This document shows, piece by piece, positions 38,457 through 55,100 of a stretch of 64,000 bases of DNA (positions are counted from its first letter, which is position 1; every line of letters starts with the position of its first letter). Source of the stretch: the human T2T-CHM13v2.0 reference genome, Homo sapiens; NCBI RefSeq assembly GCF_009914755.1, contig NC_060935.1; one strand, written 5' to 3'. The notes under the pieces are model-generated. The model was not told the DNA's origin, did no database searches, and saw only the letters and a list, made by a program, of their open reading frames with translations. The position numbers were made by a program, and so were the translations under genes.

Positions 38457-39520
38457 TGAGAATTCTACCAACAGAACCAGGACATTTTTTCCTATTTGAA
38501 TTAGCCACATTATTTTTCTTCTTCTTTTTTACAGGCCCAATTGATGTACAAAAGTTAGTCAATTTCTTCAGTAAACATTAAGCCTGCTATGTTTATCAAT
38601 GACCTTCCATCACCTACAGGATAAAAACCAGACTCTTTAGCATTATTTGGCCCTTCCTTAATTGTCCAGTTCCTCTCCTGCTTCTCCCCATTCTTATTTT
38701 GTATCTATCCACACTAAAATGGTCATGCCTTTGCACATGTGGTTTCTTCTGCCTAGAGCACAGCCTCCTGTGTCTGCCCAGGGAGTCCCTGCTTAGTTTT
38801 CAGGATCCAGATTAAGTGTCATCTCTTCTATTAATGCTCCCTTATCCCCGACAACTGATAGAAGTAGGGTGAACCTCTCTCTCCTCCGATGGCACCAGGA
38901 TGGCTTCCATTATGGTTATTATCATGCTATTTTCTGTTTTCATTACCATCTTTCCCACTAGGGTACAAGATCCTTGAAGGTTACTACACCTTGTTGATCC
39001 TTTGTTCCCAAAGTGTAATATCATTTCTGCCACATGATAGCCATACGATACAACTGAATGAATGAACGAATGGACAAACAATATTTCATCTACCTGACAG
39101 TTCTCAGAATTACCTAGCACTCAGAGAGAACATCATTGTATTCTAGAGGCTGACAGAAGGACTACTAGCCTGTGCTTCTCCTTTAAAAAGTCCCAATAAT
39201 ATAGCATTTTCCCAGTGTTATTGGTTTTCATTGTATTGTTTATAATTACCCTTAGATAGGGCCTAACTTAGCTACTAATATGCCCTATTGCTAAATTCAT
39301 CAGCCATGTTTTCTTAGTTATGTCTGCCTCTGACTTATACCTAAGTTCAGCAGTGTTTTTGAAGGGTACAAAAGGACAATTCCTGCTATTCTATCATAAC
39401 TGCCTAACTATTCAGACAAGTTCTGCTGATGATCTAAAAATGATTTCCACCTATTCCTTTTAAGGGAGGAAGGACAAAGCAAGCCCAGTAATAAATGATA
39501 CACAATAGGTCTTCCCCTCA

Positions 39521-39940
<420 letters not shown>

Positions 39941-39957
39941 TCATTCTCTTCTTCTGA

Positions 39958-40086
<129 letters not shown>

Positions 40087-41331
40087 TGAAAATTGTTAAT
40101 ATATAGAGAGTATTTTGTAAACATTTGTATCTGCTGTAAAAAGTTGTTTTTTTAAAACAAAAAAAGATGATTTAATTATTCAGTGCTCCAGCAGTAGTCA
40201 AAAAGAAAGGGACAAAAAAAATGCTCATGGTGAAGGTATAGGATTATTACTATTGACCATTGGTACAATGTAAAGTTTGGCTTGTTTTATCTTGCAATGA
40301 ACTGTAGTCACAATAGCCAGCACATAACATGAACATCATAACTGCCAACATTCAGGAGCCTCCAGACCAGCAGGGGTAATGGTCATGAAAATAAGTACAT
40401 AACAGTACGGCAGAAGATAGAGGAGGTAGAGAGTTAGCACAGAGGAGGAGGTGATCCACTTGCTGGAAGTTTCATGGAGGTGATCTGGGCTCCTGTGGAT
40501 TGTAGAATTATTTCTTTCGGTTGAAAGAGTCAAAACTACTCTGTAGGCCGAGAAAAGGGCTTGGCATTCCAAGTCATATTTGTTCTTGCATACAAGAAAC
40601 CAAGTGGTGCATATACCTTTATATGTTTGGTTAGCTGTCTTCCTTATCTGACAAAAAAAAAAGTCTTAATATATTTATCCTGACAGAAACCTAGGGCCCT
40701 TGAATATAAAATTAAAATTCAAAATGGCACTCATAATTTAGACAAGTAGTCAAAACCAAAAAATAATCTAAATAGTAGCATGTTTAGGAAGAGAGGGGAA
40801 GTCACACAAATGTAGGGTGCATGTGTGCAAGTATGGGAGAGAAATGTCTAGGTCTAGGAATTAAAGCAGATGTTAAGTTGAACCTGGTGGAATAGCCAGG
40901 AAAAACTTTCCACACAAGTAGTTCCTATTGTTTGTGTGACATGGAAGACTACTATTTGAGACATGATCATGTATTTGTTATGTATAAACTTTCTATTGTT
41001 TTCCAGGAAAGGTGGATACAGGTAAATTATGGGTTCCCTGTTTGCTAGGCTAAATGATGGGTGTCAGGATACAAGATTAGAGAAATTGGGAGATAAGCTG
41101 GGTGGGGCAGGATAGAGAAAGAGGCCATCTGCCCCCTTTGCATTATTACTTTGTGTGCTTCAGAGAGAGTAGATACCAATATAGATGAGGTGAGGCTGAA
41201 TGAGGATTGATTACTGAACTCCTGTACTTCCAGTCTCTTGAGCTGATGCCCTAGAGGGCCCCTAGGGGTAGGTGCTCACTGTTGCCCAGTAGGCAATGCT
41301 CACTTTTGCCAGCCCTCCTCTCTGTGATCAG

Positions 41332-41424
41332 GTATCCAGTGCTACATTCCTGTCCCACCTCTAATCCTCGTCATCTGCTGCTGCTGCCTTTGGAATCATG
41401 TCTAATCTCTGCCAGGCGTTGCTG
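41332..41424 (+). CDS. CCDC83: CCDC83 alternative cassette exon (+31 aa: YPVLHSCPTSNPRHLLLLPLESCLISARRCW)
   Basis: Pyrimidine tract + gatcag acceptor, TG|gtatgt donor, exactly 93 nt, phase 2 to 2 matching the flanking exons, no stop. Fits my recollection of 413 vs 444 aa isoforms. Confidence 0.8.
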
Positions 41425-43429
41425 GTATGTGGCTTCTAACTACCTACTGCTATAGCTGCTGTCCACTGCCCTCTTTTCTGAACTGGCTAATCTTTAGGAA
41501 AGAGATACCCTCTAAACTGCCAGACCCGTGTCTCTACCTGGATCAACTCAGTCTGGTATATTTGATTTTGTTCTGACATGGTTGTAAAGTGCTAATAATT
41601 CTAAAAAAGGGAATTATTTCATTGGCCAAAGGGGACTTGGCAAGAACAGAATGGGAGACTGAGAAACTTTTAATGGGGATTTTCATTGAGTTGTTTACTG
41701 TGCAGTATATAATCTAACGTCATCCTCGCTCTTCCCTATAAAAATCTTCTGTAAAATCCACACTGTTCATCAGTGCTTTAGGGGCTGGTTTTCCTGAGAG
41801 TAATAGAATGCTTAGTCTAGCTTCAGAGTTGGAAGAAATGAAGTCAAAATATTTTCAAGGGAAAAGAAACACCATGGGTGACATTTATAGGAACTGATAT
41901 ATGTGTCCTTGCTATATGCTCCCACAACACCCTGAACTTTTCCTTTGTAACCAACCTTTATCACACTTTTGATTACTTATTTAATGTCTGCTGCTTTACT
42001 AGATTGTAAACTCCTTGAGGCAACTGTTTTGGACACTTTAGAAAGACCTGCATAAAGAAACTGGAAAATTTGAAAGCCCTCAATTATCTGCTAGACTTCT
42101 TATGCAGAAAGATAACCTGAAGGATGTTCAGGAGATTTTACTGTACCCATTTCCAAGCCAAAGGAATATTACACATATTATATCTTTTTGGTAACTTCCC
42201 CCTCCATCTCTTTGTTGAGAATTAAGTTTTGTAAAATACTAGTAGGGTGATAAGAAATAGACATGAACTGTCTCCAGTGGACACAGAAGAAGTTCTATTT
42301 CCCTATTTGGATGAGGAATGGGATATTGTGGTTAATAGAGTTACCACATTTCCTATGTAGTTACTCAAACTTTTTCCCATCTCAACTCACATAGAATGTC
42401 ATAGGATTTGTTTGACACATTGGGGCAAACAGATGAGGAAACTGTCAGCCAGAGGTGACTGCCCAGGACTCCAGTGCCACAGGGCTGAGGCTAAGTGGGC
42501 CAACACCTACAAATCTAACACTAACTTACCATAATAACATCTTTTAAACTATTTTCCATATCATTAAGTATCAAGTGTTGTTACCCTGTAGTAGTACAGA
42601 AGTAACAGTAAACTAGCAATTAATAGAAAAAGCTAGATTCCTGAAGGTTATGGCATTTAGAAAGATCTTAATTGTTCACAATGGTAAAACTAGGAAACAA
42701 AAGAATTCTATAGCCTCAGACATGTCTCCCTGAAGACCACAGCTACATGTGAAACTTACGTTTACTAAGGTACCTTTACTAAACTTACCTTAACTAAAGT
42801 TAAGTTTTTAGAAGTTTTCATAGGTGTAAATATTGTATGTAGTTACAGTATTTGCTGGAGCCATTAGCATCTGGATAACACTTTATTCATGTTCTTTAAA
42901 TAACTCACAGCCCCTAATTTAGGGGATTCACTTTACTTGCTTAGCTGCTAAGCGTGAAGGGTTGTTTGCACATTTGCAAGCGTTCAATTACTTCATGCTG
43001 TCTTCAGGTAAACCTCATGGAAATGCCATACAGAGTTTTCAAAGCATGATATTTTCTGATTGAAAATTCAGTGGACACTCTAAAAAGGAGAGCACAGAAT
43101 TAAACAATGTAGAGAGAGCTACAACAGCATATGGACATCAGTTCGCTGGGCTTGTAGGTGAAGCATACCACTAAGCAAAAGCCAGGACCTAGATGGTATC
43201 TTGGATTCCTACTGTTCGCTTTCTCTTTCTCTCTTCATCTCAAAACGAAAACCACTCAAAAGTGGTCTTTCAGGACACTATCATTCCGCACCTGAAATAC
43301 TACAACAGCGACCTGACTAGTGCCATGCTCACTCTCAATTTTTTGAACTTTAAGTGTGTTATTTCCTTATTTGGAATGCCCTTCTTTCACCCCTAGCTCT
43401 TCCCTGGCAACCACCTCCAGGTTCAAGAC

Positions 43430-43799
43430 TGTATTAGTCCATTCTCATGCTGCTATAAAAAACTGCCCGAGACTGGGTAATTTAGAAAAGAAAGAGGTTT
43501 AAGTGACTCACAGTTCCACCAGGCTGGGGAGGACTCAGGAAACTTAGATTCATGGCAGAAGGGGAAGCAAACATGACCTTCTTCACATGGCAGCAGGAAG
43601 AAGTGCAGAGCGAAGGTTGGAGAAAAGCCCCTTATAAATTATCAGATCTCATGGGAACTCACTAACACGAGAACAGCATGGAGGTAACCGCTCCCATAAT
43701 TCAATTACTTCCCACTGGGTCCCTCTCCCACAACATATGGGGATTATGGGAACTACAGTTCAAGATGGGATTTGGGTGGGGCCCAGCTAAACTGTATCA
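43430..43799 (-). mobile_element. THE1 (MaLR) solo LTR
   Basis: tgtattagtcc...gtatca, 370 bp, 5-bp TSD aagac. Confidence 0.92.
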
Positions 43800-44072
43800 A
43801 AGACTAAGATCAGGTTTCATCCAGGAAAACTTTCCTTCCCCCTAAAGCTGACTCAGGTGCTGCTTCTTTCTGCATCCCATTATTCTCACACTATGGTAAT
43901 TACCCATCATGGTACACACCATGACTTTAAAATACCGTAAGGCTGTCTGCCACCCCACTGGGCTTTATGCTCCTCAGGGTAGAAATTATGTCTCATTTTT
44001 CATCTATGCATTTCTAGCACCTAGTAGAGAGATAGACCCTAGTAAGCATGCAATGCAATATTTATTGACTGA

Positions 44073-44198
<126 letters not shown>

Positions 44199-44628
44199 TA
44201 ATGATGATGATTTTTTTCAAACTCTTGTTTTTCAATTTAAAAAACACTTACCTATTGTGAGCAGGTGCCCCACATACAAAAGCTATTCAGAGAATAGACA
44301 CCTGCCAGCTTCTCTAAATTTCTCCTCTTGCAGTGCTTGTCCTAATCTATCTCCTGTCTGTAGTCCCACTTTCAAATTAAGGTCACCATGTTTCACAGTA
44401 AATTAAATAAATACTGGTGAAGAGGGATGAGACTGCTGTCTACACTGGCAAGGTTTAGGGCCCTATTTAGCCAACCAAAATGACAACATATACTTAGGCA
44501 CCAATATAATTACTATAACTTATTAGCTAACAGAAAGAAATACAACTTAGAGTTTCTACAAATGGGACTCCCTCTTACTTTAATACATAAATTCTACATT
44601 TGCAATTCTCAAAGTTCCATCCAATTAA

Positions 44629-44940
<312 letters not shown>

Positions 44941-45139
44941 TGACTACTAAGAAAATGCTGTTTTGAGAAATGCTGTTTTAATTGAGAAAATTAACCTAAA
45001 ATATGGATATTGAAAATTCCATTTGCAATTATTAGTAAAATTGGCCCACCATTCACATCTCTCATTTGGATACCATTTTCACTCCTACTCTTGCCCAATT
45101 TGCTACCTATATTCCTCTATAGGCCTCCATTAATAGTAT

Positions 45140-46200
<1,061 letters not shown>

Positions 46201-47275
46201 ATTGCACATATACCATTCATTAAAACCTGGAGTATTAAGCCTTTTAATTTTGAAACTTCTTTCTAGTACATTCCAGTTACTCCCACAGCCATCCCTTGTT
46301 ATTTTCCCTCTTGATACTTTAAAAGTTCTCCTAGAATTTGATGTCTGGTAGTGGAAAAAATGATGTAAGAAAGCAGAAGAAACTGAATAAACCAACACAA
46401 ACCATTTTAACTAACTACAATTCAATCCTGCTGCCATCAAGCGATGATTTAAAGACTAAAGTTCTAGTTCCTCTAGCACTGAAACATCTCCATGCGTATC
46501 TTGGAATCATGACTCCTGGGATGTCATGATGATCTCAGGCTAGTGGACAGTTGTCTACAAAATCCCCAAATAGCATACCATTTGGTTGAATGAAAGACTT
46601 ACTTTCCATGAAAGTTTTTGATGTAGTCAAACTGCCATGGCCATGGTGTATTACTTGAGAATCCTCCTCCCAGTGATTCTGAAATATGTGGTAGGTCTCC
46701 ATCAACTTGCTTTTCTACTATCTTACATTTATCACAGCTACATATTTTGAAAGCTAAATAGAATTATATGTATTTTGAGAAATAAGACATCACCTTCCTT
46801 TTTCATTCTTTGATTCTTCTAAATTCAAATAAATATTTATTGAGAACCCCACAACATGCCAGGTCCTTGTTAAATGCTTGTGCATTTAAGGGAGAGAACA
46901 GCAAGAAATGAAATCTCAAATATGCCTATACAGCAGGCCTTGCCCCCAAATCACTTACAGACTTGTAGAAGACAGGTAAGAAAATCAACAAGTACCATAT
47001 AAGAGTAAACAGACCACCTGTACCTGTGTCCCTGATCAGTCTGTGCTTATCATTGCACCCCAGCACTTGATATAGGGCCTGGCATACAGTGAACACTTGG
47101 GAAAGGTTTGCTAAAGTGACGTGTCAAAGGAATTAAAAAGCAAGAGTTATGGCATGGGAGACTTCCTGGAGGAAGGGACATTGGGTAGGGCGTGAGCTCT
47201 GTCCACCCAGTTTTGGGTTGGCTATGGATTTCATATCAGTTAGACTTCAAATTCTGTTTGTTGATATCTTAGATT

Positions 47276-47720
47276 TGTAAACCAAAAGCTATCTGAGACA
47301 GGTCTCAATCAATTTAGAAGTTGATTTTGCCAATGTTAAGGACAGTACCTGGGAGAAAAAAAACCCACAAAATCACAGAAATAGTGTGTGGTCTGTGCCT
47401 GTCTCCAAAGATGACTTGGAGGCCTTCAATATTTAAAGGAGAAAAGTGGGCTGGAGGGGAAAGCAGGAAGGTATGGTCATCCACATGTTGCAAGAGAAAA
47501 GGAGCAGGTAGGGGAACAGTCAATTATGTATTCACCTCGCACTTTACAAAAGATCAGCTGAACATAGAGTAGCTACCTGTGGGGATATTTAACCTTTTAT
47601 CTGTACATATCTGCTTAGGAACAAAAGCAAAGGCAGTTGCTTACATGACTCAGCTTTCAGCTTAATTTTTTCCTTTTGGCAAAGTGAATTGGGGTCCCAT
47701 GTTTTTATTTTCCTTTCACA
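47276..47720 (-). mobile_element. MER4A-type ERV1 solo LTR
   Basis: tgtaaaccaaaa..atctgagacaggtctcaatcaatttagaag ... ttttcctttcaca, TSD gatt/gact. Confidence 0.85.
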
Positions 47721-48043
47721 GACTATAGTTAGTTTTGCACTAACTATAGCCAGCATCCCTCCCCCATTAACCCACTATGAGACAAGCCTTCCAGCCTTGC
47801 TGCCTGCTTTTGGAAGATCTTGCCTACTGTGTATGCCCTACTGGGTATATAAGTTTCCTGAGTATTTTGTTTTTTTCCCATTTATAGTGGCTCTCATATT
47901 TCATGTGCTACACAGCATCAGGCAATTAGGGGGCAATGAAGTCTGTCAGATAAAGGCCAACTGTAATAAAGAAAGCCTAATCTATCAAGCTGGTAATTTG
48001 CTGAATCACCTCTCCTATTCTTTTTTGTGCCTGTTCACCATAG

Positions 48044-48205
<162 letters not shown>

Positions 48206-48656
48206 GACGGAAAGCTGCAAAGGAAACACAACTTTTCCTTATAAATGTTCTTTGGGAACTGAAGTATATCCGTTGCCCATTTTACTTACACTTTGGCTCA
48301 TTTTTAAACCAGCTGTTATTTCTAAAGGTCATATTTACATTTAAAATCAAAGGTATTCAGCTATTCATTTACTTGCATGGTATGAGTGACCAAAACGGAA
48401 GCACGCTTTGTATTTCTACACTGAAGTATTCAGAAGCATGACAGTGGGTTCAAGGTAGTCTCTGAGGTTCCTTTTCACACACAAAAAATTCACTGATTAA
48501 TCTGTGATTCCAGTATGAAATAGTTCCATTAGAAATGTTTCTAAGAAAAACTTAGAAGTTTGCATAGCATTGTCTACACATCTTTCCCTCTGAGGATGCT
48601 CAATGTGATAGACAGCCAGTCTATAATGCAAGCCAATTCTCCGTAGTTTAACCCTG

Positions 48657-49018
48657 TGTATTAGTCTGTTCTCATGCTGCTAATAAAGACATAATTGAAA
48701 CTGGGTAATTTATAAAGGAGGTTTAATTTATTTACAGTTCAACATGGCTGGGGAGGCCTCACAATCATGTCAGAAGGCAAATGAGGAGCAAAGTCACATC
48801 ATACATGGTGGCAGGAAAGAGAGGGCTTGTGTAGGGGAATTCCCATTTATAAAACTATCAGATCTTGTGAGACTTATTTACTACTTCAAGAACAGTATGG
48901 GAAAAACCTGCCTCCATGATTCAATTACCTCCTACCAGGTCCCTCCCACAACACATGGGGATTATGGGAACTATAATTCAAGATGAGATTTGGGTGGGGA
49001 CATAGCCAAACCATATCA
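48657..49018 (-). mobile_element. THE1 (MaLR) solo LTR in/near CCDC83 3' UTR
   Basis: tgtattagtc...ccaaaccatatca, 362 bp, 5-bp TSD ccctg. Confidence 0.92.
48682..48687 (+). terminator. Candidate CCDC83 poly(A) signal AATAAA (inside antisense THE1 LTR)
   Basis: First canonical AATAAA I find after the stop codon. Usage not verifiable from sequence. Confidence 0.45.
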
Positions 49019-49054
49019 CCCTGTTTATAATGAATATAAAAAATGAATGTTGGA

Positions 49055-49060
49055 AATAAA
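49055..49060 (+). terminator. Second candidate poly(A) signal AATAAA, just past the LTR
   Basis: AATAAA followed by a GT/T-rich tract (gtgttaatttgttgt). Confidence 0.45.
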
Positions 49061-49510
49061 CTTGAGAGTGTTAATTTGTTGTATAAAAATATTCCACTGA
49101 TAGGGAGCACTCCCTCCCTCCAGCTGTATCTAGTCTAAACTACCACATTCCTATCCAAAGCAAATACCACTTCTCTCAGGGCTACCACAAGCCAAGGACA
49201 CTGTGAGTACCTGGATGTGACATCAGCATTCCATTTGGATCCTTGAGACCAGATAATACCACCATATGTCATATTTCTGTAATCTTTAGTGATATAAGGA
49301 TTAATTTAATCATCAGTGGGGGATGTTATTGGCATTTAAAGTAAGGACAATTGTGCAGCACTGTCTTGAGCCCACAGGATGTTAGCACTCCTGCTCCCTC
49401 AATCTCAAATGCTGCTACATTAACACTCTTCATTGTAGAAGTTGAAAACACTCGTCATCTTTCCCAACACCCCTTACATTGTAGTACCATCACCAATTGA
49501 ACATCTTTGA

Positions 49511-49715
<205 letters not shown>

Positions 49716-49836
49716 TCTCCTGTACTTTAATCTCCATTGTGTTCGGTGCTTTCCTGGACCCTTCCCATTCTCTCCCAAAACTTCCAACAACAACCTCTAA
49801 AAAAACAATAAACAAGACAAATGCCACTGTTGAAGG

Positions 49837-50850
<1,014 letters not shown>

Positions 50851-50857
50851 AAGGTGT

Positions 50858-51170
50858 CTTTTCTTTTTGAGACAGGGTCTCACTGTCATCTAGGCTGGAG
50901 TGCAGCAGCATGATCATGGCTCACTGCAGCCTTAGCCTGCCAGGCTCAAGGGATCCTCTCACCTCACCCTCCCAAATAGCTGAGATCACAGAAGCACACC
51001 ACCATGCCCAGCTAATTTTTTATTTTTTGTAGAGATGGTGTGGGGCGGCGGGGGGGGGGGAGGTCTTACCATGTGACCTAGGCTGGTCTTAAACTCCTGA
51101 GCTCAAGTGGTCTTCTTGGCTCAACTTCTCAAAGTGCTAGGATTATAGATGTGAACCGCCATGCCCAGCC
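50858..51170 (-). mobile_element. AluJ-like with internal G-run
   Basis: Reverse-complement dimer. Confidence 0.88.
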
Positions 51171-51822
51171 TGTTGAAGGTTTCTTTTACTCTCTGGTTTT
51201 GACTGGCACCTGGCTTTCCCCAGAAAGAGCTCACTTCCCCTGTGGCTCTCTCTCTAGTGGTTGGTATTGATTCTTCTCTGCCACCACCTTCTGTGGGGCT
51301 ACATGCTTTCACTAATGCAATGCCTCTTCTAGACCACAATTCCACCAGTCTCATGTAAAAACATGCCTTTTGAAGCTCAGTATATATATCACCCTCTACT
51401 ACTATTCTTTGCTATAAATTTCTAACCCTTCTCATCACTCTTCTCCATAATCTTTAATTTGGCACCTGGTTCACAGGCCTCTTTTCCACTCTACTCCATT
51501 CCCTAACAGATCCATCTATTGAGATACCTATTAGTCATTCATGAGTATAAAATTGTTGCATGTATGTGTGCTTCTGTTTGACCATCCCAGATCCACTCTC
51601 TACCCTTATCTCTGTGTCTCAAAGGGTGACCTTTATGGACTGCGTCAATGTCCTTTGCTTCTAACCTTCTACTGAGTTTGTTTAATAGGAGTTTCTAGCA
51701 GGAGATCAAAGAAAGTGAGAAGGGTGAGATTTCTTCCCCCAGCTCTTTCTCTAACAGGTCATGTAGATTAGCAGGGTTCCTCTATCAAAGGCCACTATTC
51801 CTGTTGGAAGGCTCACCTAACA

Positions 51823-52176
51823 AAGGTTGAGCATCCCTAATGTGAAAATCCAAAATCCAAAATGTTCCAAAATCTGAAACATTCTAAGCACTGACACAAT
51901 GCTACAAGTGGAAAATTCCACACCTGACCTCATGTGATGGGTTGCAGTAAAAACTTTGTTTCATACACAAAAAAAAATTTTAAATAGTATATAAACTTAC
52001 CTTCAGGTTATGTGTATATGGTGTATCTGAAATATAAATGAAGTTTGCGTTTGGACTTGGGTCTACCCCCAAGATATCTTATTACGTATATGCAAATATT
52101 CCAAAATCCTAAAAAATCTGAAATCTGAAACACTTCTGGTCCCAATCATCTCAGACGAGAAATACTGAATCAGTAT
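51823..52176. mobile_element. MER46/Tigger4-type element
   Basis: aggttgagcatccctaa...tctgaaacacttctggtccca. Confidence 0.8.
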
Positions 52177-55100
52177 AGCTACTCTCTAGGTCTGGTAAGT
52201 ACTCCCTCCCTCTCCCCCTTTAGACCCAGGAGTGGAACAGTTCCCATCTGTTGATAGCCCCAGGGAGTGTTACCATTCCTGTTGGTTTTCCTTGATGCTG
52301 CCCACACCTTTGTATATATTGCCTTTGTTAAATTTTCTCCAGGTATCCTGTTTGAATGTGCCCTTTGTTTCCTGCTAGGAAAGGTAAAGGCTGGAGATTC
52401 AGATCTGGGAATCAACAGCCCAGGACTGAATTTAAAGCCATGAAAGCTTAAATGACATAACCTAGGGACTGAGTTTCAATAGAGAAAAGAGACATGGATG
52501 CACCTGGAATAATTCATTCTGTAGATGTGGGCCCTGAAACTAAAAGGTATCACTCTCAAGAGATTTCAGAGCAGAGGTGGACTGAATCTAAGTAAAACGG
52601 CAAACTAGCCCTGACCCAGTTCAACTCTATTTTTTTTCTTCGCTCTCCTCTCTTTCCTTTCCCTCTCCCTCCTCACTCACCACCTACACACGGCACCCAC
52701 TCCTCACCAGAGCCTCTCGATTCCCCCAGCTCAATTCTTGATTCCTTTGAGGTGATTTTCTCCTCACCTAATATAACTAACAGAGGATAGATTCTTTTTT
52801 CTCTGGGGAACAAAGAATACCAACCCAGACACTATACTCCTTGTATTCACAATGTTGAGCATACAAAACTTTATACGTGTGTGTGTGTGTGCACGCGCGT
52901 GTACAGTGCAAAGAAGCAGGAAAATAAGACTAAGAATCAGGAGGAAAAGCAAACAATTAAAGCATGCCCACCAATGACCCAGATATTCAAGTCAGTAGGC
53001 TAGGACTTTAAGAATATTATTATATGGTGGCTGGCAATATGGCCGAATAGGAACAGCCCTGGTCTGCAGCTCCCAGTGAGATCAACACAGAAAGTGAGTG
53101 ATTTCTGCATTTCCACCTGAGGTACCCAGCTCATCTCACTGGAACTGGTTAGACAGTGGGTGCAGCCCACGGAGGACGAGCTGAAGCAATGTAGGGCGTC
53201 GCCTCACTCGGGAAGCACAAGGGGTCAGGGAAGCCGTGAGGGACTGTGCCATGAGGAATGGTGCATTCTGGCACAGATACTATGCTTTTCTCACGGTCTT
53301 CACAACCTGCAGACCAGGAGATTCTCTCAGATGCCTACACCACCAGGGCCCTGGGTTTCAAGCACAAAACTGGATGGCCATTTGGGTAGACACCGAGCTA
53401 GCTGCAGGAGTTTTTTTTCATACCCCAGTGGTGCCTGGAATGCCAGCAAGACAGAAACTTTCACTCCCCTGGAAAGGGGGCTGAAGCCAGGGAGCCAAGT
53501 GGTCTAGCTCAGCAGATTCCATCCCCATGGAGCCCAGCAAGCTGATATCGACTGGCTTGAAATTCTTGCTGCCAGCACAGCAGTCTGAAGTCAACCTGGG
53601 ATGCTGGAGCTTGGTGAGGGGAGGGGCATCTGCCATTACTGAGGCTTGAGTAGGAGGTTTTCCCCTCACAGTGTAAACAAAGCCACTGGGAAGTTCGAAG
53701 TGGGCAGAGCCCATCACAGCTCAGCAAAGCCCCTGTAGCCAGACTGCCTCTCTAGATTCCTTCTCTCTGGGCAGGGCATCCCTGAAAGAAAGGCAGCAGC
53801 CAGCAGCCCCAGTCAGGGGATTATAGAAAAAAGTCCCATCTCCCTGTGATAGAGCACCTGGGAGAAGGGGCGGCTGTGGGCACAGCTTCAGCAGACTTAA
53901 ACATTCCTGCCTGCCAGCTCTGAAGGGACCAGCAGATCTCCCAGCAAAGCACTTGTGCTCTGCTAAGGGACAGACTGCCTCCTCAAGTGAGTTCCTTAAC
54001 CCCGTGCCTCCTGACTGGGAGACACCTCCCAGCAGGAATCAACAGATACCTCATACAGGAGAGCTCTGGCTGGCATCTGACGGGCGCCTCTCTGGGATGA
54101 AGCTTCCAGAGGAAGGAAGAGGCAGCAATCTTTGCTGCTCTGCAGCCTCCACTGGTGATACCCAGGCAAACAGGATCTGGAGTAGACCTCCAGCAAACTC
54201 CAGCAGACCTGCAGCAGAGGGGCCTGACTGTTAGAAGGAAAACTAACAAACAGAAAGGAATAGCATCAACATCAACAAAAAGGACGTCCACACAAAAACC
54301 CCATCTGAAGGTCACCAACATCAAAGACCAAAGGTAGATAAATCCATGAAAAGGAGGAAAAACCATCACGAAAAGGCTGAAAATTCCAAAAATCAGAGTG
54401 CCTCTTCTCCAAAGGATCACAACTCCTCGCCTGCAAGAGAACAAAACTGGACAGAGAATTGAGTTTGACGAATTGACAGAAGTAGACTTCAGAAGGTGGG
54501 TAATAACAAACTCCTTTGAGCTAAAGGAGCATGTTCCAACCCAATGCAAGGAAGCTAAGAACCTTGAAAAAAGGTTAGAAGAATTGCTAACTAGAATAAC
54601 CAGTTTAGAGAAGGACATAAATGACCTGATGGAGCTGAAAAACACAGCATGAGAACTTTGTGACGCATACACAAGTATCAATAGCCGAATCAATCAAGCA
54701 GAAGAAACAATATCAGAGACTGAAGATCAACTTCATGAAATAAAGCAAGAAGACAAGATTAGAGAAAAAAAGAATGAAAAGGAATGAACAAAGGCTCCAA
54801 GAAATATGGGACTATATGAAAGTGACGGGGAGAATGGAACCAAGTTGGAAAACACTCTGCAGGATATTATCCAGGAGAACTTCCCCAACCTAGCAAGACA
54901 GGCCAACATTCAAATTCAGGAAATACAGAGAACACCGCAAAGATACTCCTCGAGAAAAGCAACCCCAAGACACGTAATCGTCAGATTCACCAAGGTTGAA
55001 ATGAAGAAAAAATTGTTACCGGCAGCCAGAGAGATAGGTCGGGTTGCCCCCAAAGGGAAGCTCATCAGACTAACAGCGGATCTCTCTGCAGAAATCCTAC

